DNA of 64,000 bases from Pseudomonadota bacterium (lineage in GTDB: Bacteria; Pseudomonadota; Gammaproteobacteria; Burkholderiales; Rhodocyclaceae), in assembly GCA_021782315.1 (NCBI GenBank), contig JAJXVG010000001.1, forward strand, positions 26 to 64,025, written 5' to 3'. Position numbers and translations under genes: made by a program. Under the pieces are notes generated by a model. The model was not told the origin of the DNA. It saw only the letters and a list, made by a program, of their open reading frames with translations, and made no database searches. Positions 53,382-64,000 of this stretch are shown one piece after another (position 1 is the first letter of the stretch; every line of letters begins with the position of its first letter).

Positions 53382-53987
53382 ATGAAGCTTTATTACGCCG
53401 CGGGAGCCTGCTCCCTGTCACCGCACATCGTTCTGAACGAACTGGATTTGCCCTACGACTTGATCAGGGTCGACCTGGCGACCCACCAGACCGCCGACGG
53501 TCTGGATTACACCGCGATCAATGCCAAGGGCTATGTACCGGCCCTGCAACTGGACGACGGCCAATTGCTCACCGAAGGCCCGGCCATCGTCCAATACCTG
53601 GCCGATCGGAAACCGGCGGCCGATCTGCTGCCGCCGGCCGGCACGCTTGAGCGGGCGAGGGTGCAGGAGTGGCTGACCTTCATCGGTACCGAACTGCACA
53701 AGAACTTCAGCCCATTGTTCAGTCAGACCGCTTCTGCCGACTGGAAAGCGGCTGCCCTGGCCAATGTCGAGCGCCGCCTCGCCTATGTCGACCAGGCCCT
53801 GAGCGGTCGCGACTACCTGACCGGCAACAGTTTCTGCGTCGCCGATGCCTACCTGTTTACCGTCGTTAACTGGACCCGTTTCGTCAAGATCGATCTGGCT
53901 CGCTGGCCGGTGCTGGCAGCCTTTCAGCAGCGCGTCATGGCGCGGCCGGCCGTCCAGGCCGCCTTGCGCGAGGAAGGTTTGATCTGA
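53382..53987 (+). CDS. gstA: Glutathione S-transferase (beta class)
   Basis: MKLYY..GACSL, NAKGYVPAL, LTEGPAI, ELHK, ADAYLF. Confidence 0.92.
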   Translation: MKLYYAAGACSLSPHIVLNELDLPYDLIRVDLATHQTADGLDYTAINAKGYVPALQLDDGQLLTEGPAIVQYLADRKPAADLLPPAGTLERARVQEWLTFIGTELHKNFSPLFSQTASADWKAAALANVERRLAYVDQALSGRDYLTGNSFCVADAYLFTVVNWTRFVKIDLARWPVLAAFQQRVMARPAVQAALREEGLI

Positions 53988-54362
53988 TGCGCCAGCGGAT
54001 ATCCCCTCCGGCCCGCTGCGAATCTTCCTTTGCACCGGCAGGGTTTGATCGTCGGCCCAGAATGAAGCATGGCCGGATCAGCGCGATGCGAAGCGATCGC
54101 CATGTCCGAGGCATGATCGATGCTGCCCAATACAAAACCAGCCTGCCCAGGATATCCGATTGACATGCCATTTCAAGCACTCATGCCGGTCTTTCGTCAT
54201 GATCGGCCAGGTGCTTTCCAGCATCCCGCCGGCCCGTCTCGCCGAACAAGCTCGCAATCAGGCTTCGCGCTAGCGGGCTAATCGTCTTAGAATTGCGCTC
54301 CTTCAAGGGCAGACGGAACTTTCCCCTCCCTCGACACGCTTTTTACAACTCAAGGAACACAC

Positions 54363-54641
54363 ATGAACAAGTCCGAACTCATCGATGCAATCGCAGCCGA
54401 AGCTGATCTCACCAAGGTTGATGCCGCCAAGGCACTGGATGCCGTTCTCGGCGCCATCGTCGGTGCGGTCGCCAGCGGCGACTCCGTTTCCCTGATCGGC
54501 TTCGGCAGCTTCAAGGCCTCGGCCCGCGCTGCCCGCGAAGGCAAGAACCCGAAGACCGGCGAAAAGCTGTCGATCGCCGCCACCACCGTGCCGAAATTCA
54601 CGGCCGGCGCCAACTTCAAGGCCGCCGTCGCCAAGCAGTAA
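54363..54641 (+). CDS. hupB: DNA-binding protein HU
   Basis: MNKSELI, LIGFGSF, GKNPKTG, PKF.AG (subunit identity uncertain). Confidence 0.9.
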   Translation: MNKSELIDAIAAEADLTKVDAAKALDAVLGAIVGAVASGDSVSLIGFGSFKASARAAREGKNPKTGEKLSIAATTVPKFTAGANFKAAVAKQ

Positions 54642-54661
54642 TCCGTCGCGCCGCGACCGGG

Positions 54662-54691
54662 CCCCAGCGGTTTTCCGACTGGGGTTTTTTT
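54662..54691 (+). terminator. Intrinsic terminator after HU
   Basis: CCCCAGCGG-tttt-CCGACTGGGG then T7. Confidence 0.8.
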
Positions 54692-54725
54692 ATCGCCTGA
54701 AATCCTTTCCCCGCTGATATCGGCC

Positions 54726-55598
54726 ATGACCTTCAAAGACTCTTCAACTCAATTTCAAATCGTCGACCTGGCGATGCTCGAAGCGGATGCCGGCCACCCG
54801 CGTCGGAATATCGAAGAAGCGAGCCTCAAGGGACTGGTCCATTCGATTGAAAAGCTCGGGTTGATTCACCCGCTGATCGTTCGTCCGGCCGATACGGCCG
54901 GGCGCTACACGGTGATCGTCGGCGAGCGGCGGCGACTGGCCGCCATGCTGGCCGGCGAGCGCAGCGTCCCGGTCGTCGTGCGCGACTGCGACGCTGCCCA
55001 GGCGCTGGAAGTGCAGGTCTTCGAAAATATCGGCCAGGGCGTGCGTTCGGCTCTCGACACGCGCGACATGGCCAATGCCATCCAGACGCTGACCGACCGT
55101 TTTCAGACCCAGGAAGAAGCGGCCCGGCATTTCGGCCGGGCGCCGACCTGGTTGAACCAAGCCACGGCGGCCGCCAATCTGTCGGAAAAGGTCGCCGACC
55201 TGCTCGATTCCGGCAAGATTTCGAGCGCCGGCACCGCCGTCCGCCTGGAAAAACTGGCCCGGAAGGATGAGCGCCGGGCGGAATCCCTGATCGAGCAGAT
55301 CGAGCGACTGCCCGAGGGTGAAAAAATTTCGCGGCAGGCGGTCGACCAGGTGCTGGCCGAAACCGGGGGGCAGCGGAAGAAAAAGGAGATTGCGCCGCCC
55401 CCGGCGGCGGCCCTTCAGTCGACGCCGGACATCGTCGCCAGTGAAGAAGCCGGCAACGAGCCGATCAGGCCGGCGCGGACCCGGGTCAATCCGGGCAAGA
55501 TAAGGCAGGTGGCGGCCATTCTCGGCGTGCACGATGGTGACGAAGAAGCGGTTCTGGTTCGCCTGATCGACGAATTCCTGGCCTTGAAAAACGCCTGA
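54726..55598 (+). CDS. Orphan ParB/Spo0J-family protein
   Basis: HPRR, SIEKLGLIHPLIVR, GERRRLA, EN, HTH-like TQEEAARHFGR. Confidence 0.85.
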   Translation: MTFKDSSTQFQIVDLAMLEADAGHPRRNIEEASLKGLVHSIEKLGLIHPLIVRPADTAGRYTVIVGERRRLAAMLAGERSVPVVVRDCDAAQALEVQVFENIGQGVRSALDTRDMANAIQTLTDRFQTQEEAARHFGRAPTWLNQATAAANLSEKVADLLDSGKISSAGTAVRLEKLARKDERRAESLIEQIERLPEGEKISRQAVDQVLAETGGQRKKKEIAPPPAAALQSTPDIVASEEAGNEPIRPARTRVNPGKIRQVAAILGVHDGDEEAVLVRLIDEFLALKNA

Positions 55599-55612
55599 TC
55601 ACCGGCCTCGGT

Positions 55613-56005
55613 TCAGGCGTCGGGATAGAGCAGCCGCTGCGCCGCTTCGAACAGTTCCCGTTCTTCGAAGCGGACATGATCGTTGAGCAGGGCTGCGAAG
55701 CGACCCAGGGTCTCGCCGTCGGGGTCGGCCAGGCGACGGTTGAGATCGCGCAATTCGTCGTGCTCGGCCCGCACGCGACGAACCAGTACGTTTTCCCCGA
55801 CCGCCGCCATGGCCGGCAGCAGATTCTCTTCCTCGACCTGGAAATGTGCTTCCAGTTCCTTCGGAAAGCTGCCCCGGATGGCGCCGGCAGCCTGGATGAT
55901 GGCTGCGTCGAGGCCGGCGTCGCAGGCAAAACGGGCCTGCCTGGCCAGCTTGAGGGCGACGTGGTGTTCGCGTGACAGTTGCAACAGGGCGGCATGGCGT
56001 TTCAT
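55613..56005 (-). CDS. Hemerythrin/HHE-domain protein
   Basis: LSREHH, HFQVEE, EH, HVRFEERELF. Confidence 0.85.
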   Translation of the reverse strand: MKRHAALLQLSREHHVALKLARQARFACDAGLDAAIIQAAGAIRGSFPKELEAHFQVEEENLLPAMAAVGENVLVRRVRAEHDELRDLNRRLADPDGETLGRFAALLNDHVRFEERELFEAAQRLLYPDA

Positions 56006-57069
56006 CGGGTACCTCTTGAACGATTGCGACTCACCAGCGTAACCAGGGTGCCGATGAAAACGAGCAGTACCAGCGCGTTGATCAGGGCGGCATCGTGGCG
56101 AAGCTTGAAATTGTCGGACAGTCCGCCGAAAACGCGCACTCCCAGGCTCAGGTGGAGCAGCGTCAGAGGCAGGTAAAGTACTGGATGATAGGGAATCTTG
56201 ATCCGGGTGACGGCAGGCAGAATGATCGGCGCATGGCCAAAAACCATGGCGAAGACGAAGCCCAGGCCGATAGCATGCAAGGCCGCATCGCGCCAGCCGT
56301 CCCCGGGCGTGAAGGCGCCGGCCAGGCCGAGCAGTCCGGCCGCCGCCAGCCAGGCGTAACCGGAAAGCAGGCAGCAGGCGATGAAGCGGCTCAGTCCCTC
56401 GCTCAGCAGATTGCGACGCGCGATGTCGTAGCGCAGAAGCCAGAGGGCGAGGGCGATCAGGCCGGCGGCAAAAACCCGGTCGGCGGCCCATGCGGCAGCG
56501 AGCAGCAGCACACCGACGATGACGATGAAGAGCGTCCGGGCCAGCGGCGGCGTCGGCAGGAAGCGGGTCAACTCGAGGCGCTCGCCGGCGATGGTCAAAA
56601 CCAGAAAAAGCAGCCACCACGCTACGCCCGCGCCGGGATCGCCGGTGGAAAGCCAGAGCAGGCTGCCGAGCAACCAGCAAACGGCGGCCAGCGTCAGGAC
56701 GACGGTAAAGGCGGCGACCTGACGACGCAAAACAACGACGCTGGCTGCGATCAAGCCCAGCGCGGCGAGGCTGCCGAGCCACTGGCCGACGGGCAGGGGA
56801 GCGCCGGCCAACAGGGAGATACCGCCGGCACCGGCTGCCAGGGGCGCCAGGTAACCCCAGACTCGACCGACCGCAACGGCGCGTTCGAGACTGATAACCG
56901 TTCCGAAAAAGGCAGTGATCATCAGCGGGCCGTGCACACCGGCCGCCTGCACGGCGGCGCTCGGAACCTCCCAGCCGAGGCGGGCCAGCCCGGCCATGAC
57001 GCCGCCGAACAGCGAGAGCATGCCGAAAAAGAGCAGCGGCAATCGGCCGCCGGTTTTCATATCGGCCAT
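56002..57069 (-). CDS. Polytopic membrane protein, NnrS-like
   Basis: ~12 TM; HGPLM..SLERA, GERLEL, DAALHA.LGF..MVFGHAP. Confidence 0.72.
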   Translation of the reverse strand: MADMKTGGRLPLLFFGMLSLFGGVMAGLARLGWEVPSAAVQAAGVHGPLMITAFFGTVISLERAVAVGRVWGYLAPLAAGAGGISLLAGAPLPVGQWLGSLAALGLIAASVVVLRRQVAAFTVVLTLAAVCWLLGSLLWLSTGDPGAGVAWWLLFLVLTIAGERLELTRFLPTPPLARTLFIVIVGVLLLAAAWAADRVFAAGLIALALWLLRYDIARRNLLSEGLSRFIACCLLSGYAWLAAAGLLGLAGAFTPGDGWRDAALHAIGLGFVFAMVFGHAPIILPAVTRIKIPYHPVLYLPLTLLHLSLGVRVFGGLSDNFKLRHDAALINALVLLVFIGTLVTLVSRNRSRGTR

Positions 57070-57384
57070 CTACTCGTTCCAGCCCAGCCGCAGGCGACAT
57101 TGCTCGCTCATCATCGACGGCACCCAGGGCGGTTCCCAGACCAGGCGGATTTCCGGTTGGCAATCTGCCGGCAGCACGCGGTCGAGTTCGGCATAGGCGT
57201 CATCGACGATCATTTCCCCCATCGGACAGGCCGGCGAAGTCATGGTCATTTCGATCAACAGGCGGGAGGCCTCGCATTCGATTCGGTAAACCAGGCCGAG
57301 GTCGACGATGTTGGCGCCGACTTCGGGGTCGACCACCTTGCGCAGGGCATTGCGGATCAGTTCGGTATCGGGGACAGCGGTCAT
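57070..57384 (-). CDS. DUF59/SufT-PaaD metal-sulfur cluster biosynthesis protein
   Basis: VVDPEVGANIVDLGLV, TMTSPACP, LVWEPPW. Confidence 0.9.
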   Translation of the reverse strand: MTAVPDTELIRNALRKVVDPEVGANIVDLGLVYRIECEASRLLIEMTMTSPACPMGEMIVDDAYAELDRVLPADCQPEIRLVWEPPWVPSMMSEQCRLRLGWNE

Positions 57385-57583
57385 CGGGACGAGACGTTAG
57401 AATGCGATGAAGAGCATCCTAGCATCGCTATCGCGGCAGAAATTTAGCAGGGAGCAAAGAACATGGCAGACTTCATCATTTCTCGAACCGCGCCCCGGGC
57501 AAAGACGTCCGCTTCGAGGCCGGCCGTCGACAGCAGCGGCACTCGCCACGACGGCAATATCCGGAACGAACGGGGCTCGGCGC

Positions 57584-58927
57584 ATGTCCGCAAGCACTCC
57601 GCCCGCTGATTACGCCGACGGTTCGCCCCTGCCGCCGGGGGGCGAGCAGGCCTGGATCGAAGTCATCCAGAAAATGGACGAGGTCTACAACGACCTCCTG
57701 CAATACGAAGTCGCCCTCGAAGAAAAGAATGCCGCGCTCGAAGAGTCGCATCAGTTTATCGAGAGCGTGCTCACCTCGATGTCGGACATCCTGATCGTCT
57801 GCGACCGCAACGGCGGCATCGAGGAGGTCAATTCATCCCTGCAGCATTTTTCCGGCAAGAGCGCCGACGAACTGGAACACACGCCGGTTTTCGACCTCTT
57901 CGCCGACGATGCCGAGCGGAGCAGGGCGCGCGAGGTGTTCTCCCGTTTCGGCCGGAAAGGCGTGCATGACTGCGAATTCTTCCTGCGCGCCGGCGATGGC
58001 TCGACCGTGCCGGTATCGATGAACTGCACGCCGCGCCTGTCGCAGACCGGCAAGCTGATGGGCATGGTGGTCACCGGCCGCCCGGTCGGCGAACTTCGCC
58101 GCGCCTATTCCGCGCTGCGCCAGGCTCACGACGATCTGAAGCGGACCCAGGGCCAGTTGCTGCATGCCGAAAAAATGGTCTCGCTCGGCCGCCTGGTGGC
58201 CGGCGTGGCGCACGAGTTGAACAACCCGATCAGCTTCGTGCTCGGCAACGTGCTGTCGCTGCGCCGTTACGAGAGCCGGCTGGAAAGTTACCTCAATGCC
58301 GTACACGCGACGGATGCCGCCGACCACGCTGCACTCGGGACGATGCGTCGGGAACTGCGCATTGATCGCATCCTGGCCGACATGCCGCACCTCATCGACG
58401 GCATGATCGAAGGCGCCGAACGCACCCGCGATATTGTCGATGCGCTGAAGCGCTTCTCGGCCGTCGACAAGATGACGCCCGAGCAGGTCAATCTCAACGA
58501 AGTCGTAGAACGCTCCGTTCGCTGGGTGGTGCAAAGCGCCACCGCCGGCTTCGTGGTCGACACCGACCTGGCGCCGGACCTTCTGTGCAAGGGCTCGTCG
58601 GGGCAATTGCAGCAGGTGCTGATGAACCTCGTCCAGAATGCCTGCGATGCCACGGCCAGCCAGGCGGAACCGCGCCTGAGCATCGTCGGTCGCATGGAGG
58701 ACGGCATGGTGACCCTGCATTTCATCGACAACGGCCCGGGCATTCCCGAAGAACACCTGGGCCGGCTATTCGAGCCTTTCTTCACGACCAAACCGGTCGG
58801 CCAGGGCACCGGCCTCGGTCTGTCGATCAGCTATGGCATCGTCGAACGCCATGGCGGCAAATTGAGTGCCCGCAACGGACCGGCCGGCGGAGCGGAATTC
58901 ATCCTTGCGCTACCGGTGGAAAGCTGA
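57584..58927 (+). CDS. hoxJ: H2-sensing histidine kinase HoxJ/HupT (PAS-HisKA-HATPase)
   Basis: WIEVIQKMDEVYNDL, GRPVGELRRAY, AHELNNP, GTGLGL; start uncertain. Confidence 0.88.
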   Translation: MSASTPPADYADGSPLPPGGEQAWIEVIQKMDEVYNDLLQYEVALEEKNAALEESHQFIESVLTSMSDILIVCDRNGGIEEVNSSLQHFSGKSADELEHTPVFDLFADDAERSRAREVFSRFGRKGVHDCEFFLRAGDGSTVPVSMNCTPRLSQTGKLMGMVVTGRPVGELRRAYSALRQAHDDLKRTQGQLLHAEKMVSLGRLVAGVAHELNNPISFVLGNVLSLRRYESRLESYLNAVHATDAADHAALGTMRRELRIDRILADMPHLIDGMIEGAERTRDIVDALKRFSAVDKMTPEQVNLNEVVERSVRWVVQSATAGFVVDTDLAPDLLCKGSSGQLQQVLMNLVQNACDATASQAEPRLSIVGRMEDGMVTLHFIDNGPGIPEEHLGRLFEPFFTTKPVGQGTGLGLSISYGIVERHGGKLSARNGPAGGAEFILALPVES

Positions 58928-58996
58928 TGACCAGTTGCGCCTCGTTCCCGGGCCTTGGCCGGAGTCGAATTCAATGGGAACAATGACTTATCTGGC

Positions 58997-59012
58997 TGGC
59001 ACGGTCTTTGTA
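58997..59012 (+). promoter_or_regulatory. Sigma-54-like promoter of nickel permease
   Basis: TGGCAC-GGTCT-TTGTA (-12 GT variant), IHF-like AACAAtgacTTA just upstream. Confidence 0.6.
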
Positions 59013-59045
59013 TCGTTCAGACGATAATTTTCGAGCGAGCCGAAT

Positions 59046-59864
59046 ATGCAAAATCTGCCCAACGACTGGTTGTCGCTGCTGATCCTGACCTTCGTACTCG
59101 GCATGAAGCACGGTTTCGACGCCGACCACCTGGCCACCATCGATGGCCTGACCCGCTACAATGCCCGGCGCAACCCAGTTCTCGCCCGCTATTGCGGCAC
59201 GCTGTTTTCCATCGGTCACGGCGGCGTGGTGATCTTCATCGCCCTCGGCGTTTCGACCCTGGCCGGACAATGGGAGGTTCCGGCCTGGTTCGGCATGCTG
59301 GGTGCCATGATCTCCATCGCCTTCCTGGTCGCGTTGGGCAGCCTCAACCTGGCCGCCGTGCTGGCCGCCGAGCCCCACGAAATGGTCCGGCCGGTCGGCC
59401 TCAAGGGACGCTGGCTCGGCAAGCTGGGGCAGGCTTCGCACCCGCTGCTGATCACCCTGGTCGGCGCGCTCTTCGCGCTCTCCTTCGACACCCTGTCGCA
59501 GGCGGCATTCTTCGCGTTGACAGCGACCCGTTTCGGCGGCTGGCAGCATGCGCTGATGCTGGCCACCCTCTTCATGCTCGGCATGTTGCTGACCGACGGC
59601 ATCAATGGCCTGTGGATCGCCCGCCTGATTGCCCGGGCCGATCAGGCGGCACTGGTCGCCTCGCGCGTCATGGGGCTGGTGGTCTCCGGCGTCAGCCTGC
59701 TGGTCGCCGCCTTCGGGGCGGCCAGGCTGCTCTCGCCATCGGTCGACGCCTGGAGCGACGGCAAGGAACTCGGCTTCGGCCTTGCCCTGGTGGCCATTGT
59801 CACGCTCAGCTTCTTCGCCGCCCTGCGCCTGACGCGCCGGCCGGCAACGGCTTTCCGCATGTGA
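59046..59864 (+). CDS. hoxN: NiCoT-family nickel permease (HoxN/HupN-like)
   Basis: GMKHGFDADH, FSIGH, FALSFDT, TDG. Confidence 0.85.
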   Translation: MQNLPNDWLSLLILTFVLGMKHGFDADHLATIDGLTRYNARRNPVLARYCGTLFSIGHGGVVIFIALGVSTLAGQWEVPAWFGMLGAMISIAFLVALGSLNLAAVLAAEPHEMVRPVGLKGRWLGKLGQASHPLLITLVGALFALSFDTLSQAAFFALTATRFGGWQHALMLATLFMLGMLLTDGINGLWIARLIARADQAALVASRVMGLVVSGVSLLVAAFGAARLLSPSVDAWSDGKELGFGLALVAIVTLSFFAALRLTRRPATAFRM

Positions 59865-59995
59865 CAAGATCGGTGGCAAGGCGGGCATGGGCGCTGGCGA
59901 CCACCAGACTATAATTCATAATTATATTTCCAGCCAAACACGCTTTGGAGTACCCTAACAGGTTTTCCCTAATACCCTAATTCCGAGGAGAATCC

Positions 59996-62272
<2,277 letters not shown>

Positions 62273-62287
62273 GTCAGTCGCACCGCC

Positions 62288-62323
62288 AAAAAGGCGCGGC
62301 GGGGTTTCCCCGCCGCGCCTTTT
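62288..62323. terminator. Bidirectional intrinsic terminator
   Basis: AAAAGGCGCGGCGGGG-ttt-CCCCGCCGCGCCTTTT. Confidence 0.9.
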
Positions 62324-62337
62324 CCATTTGGGAACGC

Positions 62338-62910
62338 CTAAAGCCGCGAAATCCGCTTTTCAAGCCGCGACACTTCGTCGCGCAGCGCGTTGAGCGCGCG
62401 GCCGAATTCGCTCATATTGCGCGGCGCAACCAGTATCGCCGACTCTTCGACGGCGTATTCGACCGCATTTTCGCCAAGGCGTCGAGCGGCATCGGCGATT
62501 GACGCGGCGAGCGAACGCGCCATCCCGGCCAGGCGGTGCGCCGGAATATCCCCGACCAGGCCGGCCAGGTCCGCCTCCGCATCCCATCTCAGGTTGCGCA
62601 GGACGAAAGCCAGGCTCTCGGCGATATCGGCCGAACCGCCAAGCTTGATAGCCGAAAATAGCCGGTTCCGCTCAAAAAGCAGACGCATGGGCAAATCCGG
62701 GGGCAGGGTGATCGCCACATCCGGATCGCAGTCCGGGATTCCGGGCAAAACGAGGCCGTGCTCGTCGAGTCCCAGACGAATTTTGAACAGGCTGCCGGCA
62801 TCGATCAACACCTGCGCGCCGGAATGCGCCCGCAGACGATCCCGGGCCCAGGGCTCGCCCTGAAGCAGGTGATTGAGGAGCGCCACGACGGCGCGTGACA
62901 TCGGATTCAT
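62338..62910 (-). CDS. ubiJ: Ubiquinone biosynthesis accessory factor UbiJ (SCP2)
   Basis: LNHLL..EPWA, LRWDAEADL..GDIPA, coiled-coil end; downstream of ubiE. Confidence 0.85.
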   Translation of the reverse strand: MNPMSRAVVALLNHLLQGEPWARDRLRAHSGAQVLIDAGSLFKIRLGLDEHGLVLPGIPDCDPDVAITLPPDLPMRLLFERNRLFSAIKLGGSADIAESLAFVLRNLRWDAEADLAGLVGDIPAHRLAGMARSLAASIADAARRLGENAVEYAVEESAILVAPRNMSEFGRALNALRDEVSRLEKRISRL

Positions 62911-62916
62911 GCCGGT

Positions 62917-63654
62917 TTAGAACTTGAATCCGCGATGCAGGGCGACGACGCCCAGGGCCAGGTTGAAGTATTCGACCTGTTCCAGACCGACCTGTTCCAT
63001 CATCGATTTCAGCTCTTCCTGTCCGGGGTGAACCCGTATCGATTCCGAAAGATAGCGATAACTGTCCGCATCGTTGGTCACCAGCTTGCCTACCCGCGGA
63101 ATGACCTGGAAGGAGTAGAAATCGTAGATCGGCGCCAGCGGTTTCCAGATTTGCGAAAACTCCAATACCAGCAGGCGACCGCCGGGCCGCAGGACGCGCC
63201 GCATTTCGGCCAGCGCGGCATCCTTGTGGGTCATGTTACGCAGGCCGAAGGCGACCGTCACGCAGTCGAACCAGTCGTCGGGGAAGGGCAGCTTCTCGGC
63301 ATCGCACTGCGCGACGGGCAGCATGTAGCCCTTGTCGAGCAAACGATCCCGGCCGCGAGCCAGCATCGCGTTGTTGATATCGGTCAGCCAGACCTGGCCG
63401 CTCTTGCCGGCACGCTTGGCAAAGGCCAGCGACAGATCGCCCGTGCCGCCCGCTACGTCGAGAATGCGGGAACCTTCGCGGACTCCGCTGCGCTGGATGG
63501 TGAAAGCCTTCCAGAGCCGGTGCATGCCGCCCGACATCAGGTCGTTCATCAGGTCGTAACGGCTGGCGACGGAATCGAATACATCGGCGACCCGGCGGGC
63601 CTTTTCCTGTTCGGCAACGGATTCGTAGCCGAAATGCGTCTTGTCGTTTTTCAT
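62917..63654 (-). CDS. ubiE: Ubiquinone/menaquinone C-methyltransferase
   Basis: [25 protein letters not shown]. Confidence 0.96.
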   Translation of the reverse strand: MKNDKTHFGYESVAEQEKARRVADVFDSVASRYDLMNDLMSGGMHRLWKAFTIQRSGVREGSRILDVAGGTGDLSLAFAKRAGKSGQVWLTDINNAMLARGRDRLLDKGYMLPVAQCDAEKLPFPDDWFDCVTVAFGLRNMTHKDAALAEMRRVLRPGGRLLVLEFSQIWKPLAPIYDFYSFQVIPRVGKLVTNDADSYRYLSESIRVHPGQEELKSMMEQVGLEQVEYFNLALGVVALHRGFKF

Positions 63655-63658
63655 GGCT

Positions 63659-64000
63659 CTAATGATGATGGCCGCAGCCGGAAGCGGCCGGGCGTGAGGT
63701 GGTGTCGATATCGCGCGACAAGCCCCGGGTTTCGATTTGCTTCAGGTATTCCTGCCACAGCTCGTCATGGTGCTTGCCGAGATTGTGCAGCAGATCCCAG
63801 GAATAGAGACCGCTGTCGTGACCGTCGGAAAAATGCAGGCGCAGGGCGTAGGTGCCGACCGGCTCTATCCGTTCGATATCGACCTCGCGCTTGCCGGTCT
63901 GCAGCGTTTCCTGGCCCGGACCATGGCCGCGCGCCTCGGCCGAGGGCGTGTACACCCGCAGGTATTCGAAATCCAGCGAATAACTTTCGCCGTGATCGTA
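63659..64000 (-). CDS. DUF971 (GBBH-like N-terminal) protein, 5'-truncated
   Basis: [26 protein letters not shown]; usual ubiE neighbour. Confidence 0.85.
   Translation of the reverse strand, partial: YDHGESYSLDFEYLRVYTPSAEARGHGPGQETLQTGKREVDIERIEPVGTYALRLHFSDGHDSGLYSWDLLHNLGKHHDELWQEYLKQIETRGLSRDIDTTSRPAASGCGHHH

Noticed and set aside
57401-57421. Possible NsrR/Rrf2 site upstream of the DUF59 operon (GATGC-N8-GCATT)
   Set aside because: Spacing and sequence deviate from the consensus; too weak to call
30324-57583. Mobile-element boundaries for the inserted blocks
   Set aside because: No integrase, transposase, tRNA or flanking direct repeats detected

Overview
GC-rich betaproteobacterial chromosome segment; gene content and style suggest Rhodocyclales (Dechloromonas/Azonexus-like), which is an inference. 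Left to right: end of pccB and pccA; a conserved hypothetical; ccmABCDEFGHI-napF (minus strand) under an FNR-type box; a dihaem cytochrome c peroxidase divergent from an OxyR-type regulator; and a giant CBS-PAS-GAF-GGDEF-EAL-CZB protein. Then a ~41 kb hydrogen-metabolism island (18.9-59.9 kb) with three [NiFe]-hydrogenases: an O2-tolerant group 1d MBH (hoxKGZMLOQRTV-hypABF), a Hyb/Hyd-2-type enzyme (hybOABCD, a HupF-like chaperone, hybE), and an H2-sensing HoxBC with hypCDE, hoxX, hoxA, hoxJ and a NiCoT permease. I found three sigma-54 promoters. Two blocks interrupt the canonical hox/hyp order: a periplasmic binding protein plus two hybrid histidine kinases followed by the hyb operon, and a ~5 kb block with an internally deleted YjjJ/HipA-like toxin remnant carrying a frameshifting heptamer repeat, gst, HU, an orphan ParB and a DUF59/NnrS-like/hemerythrin operon. 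The window ends with maeB, ubiJ, ubiE and a DUF971 fragment. No rRNA, tRNA, CRISPR array or intact transposase was seen. Family assignments come from motif recognition by eye, not database searches.
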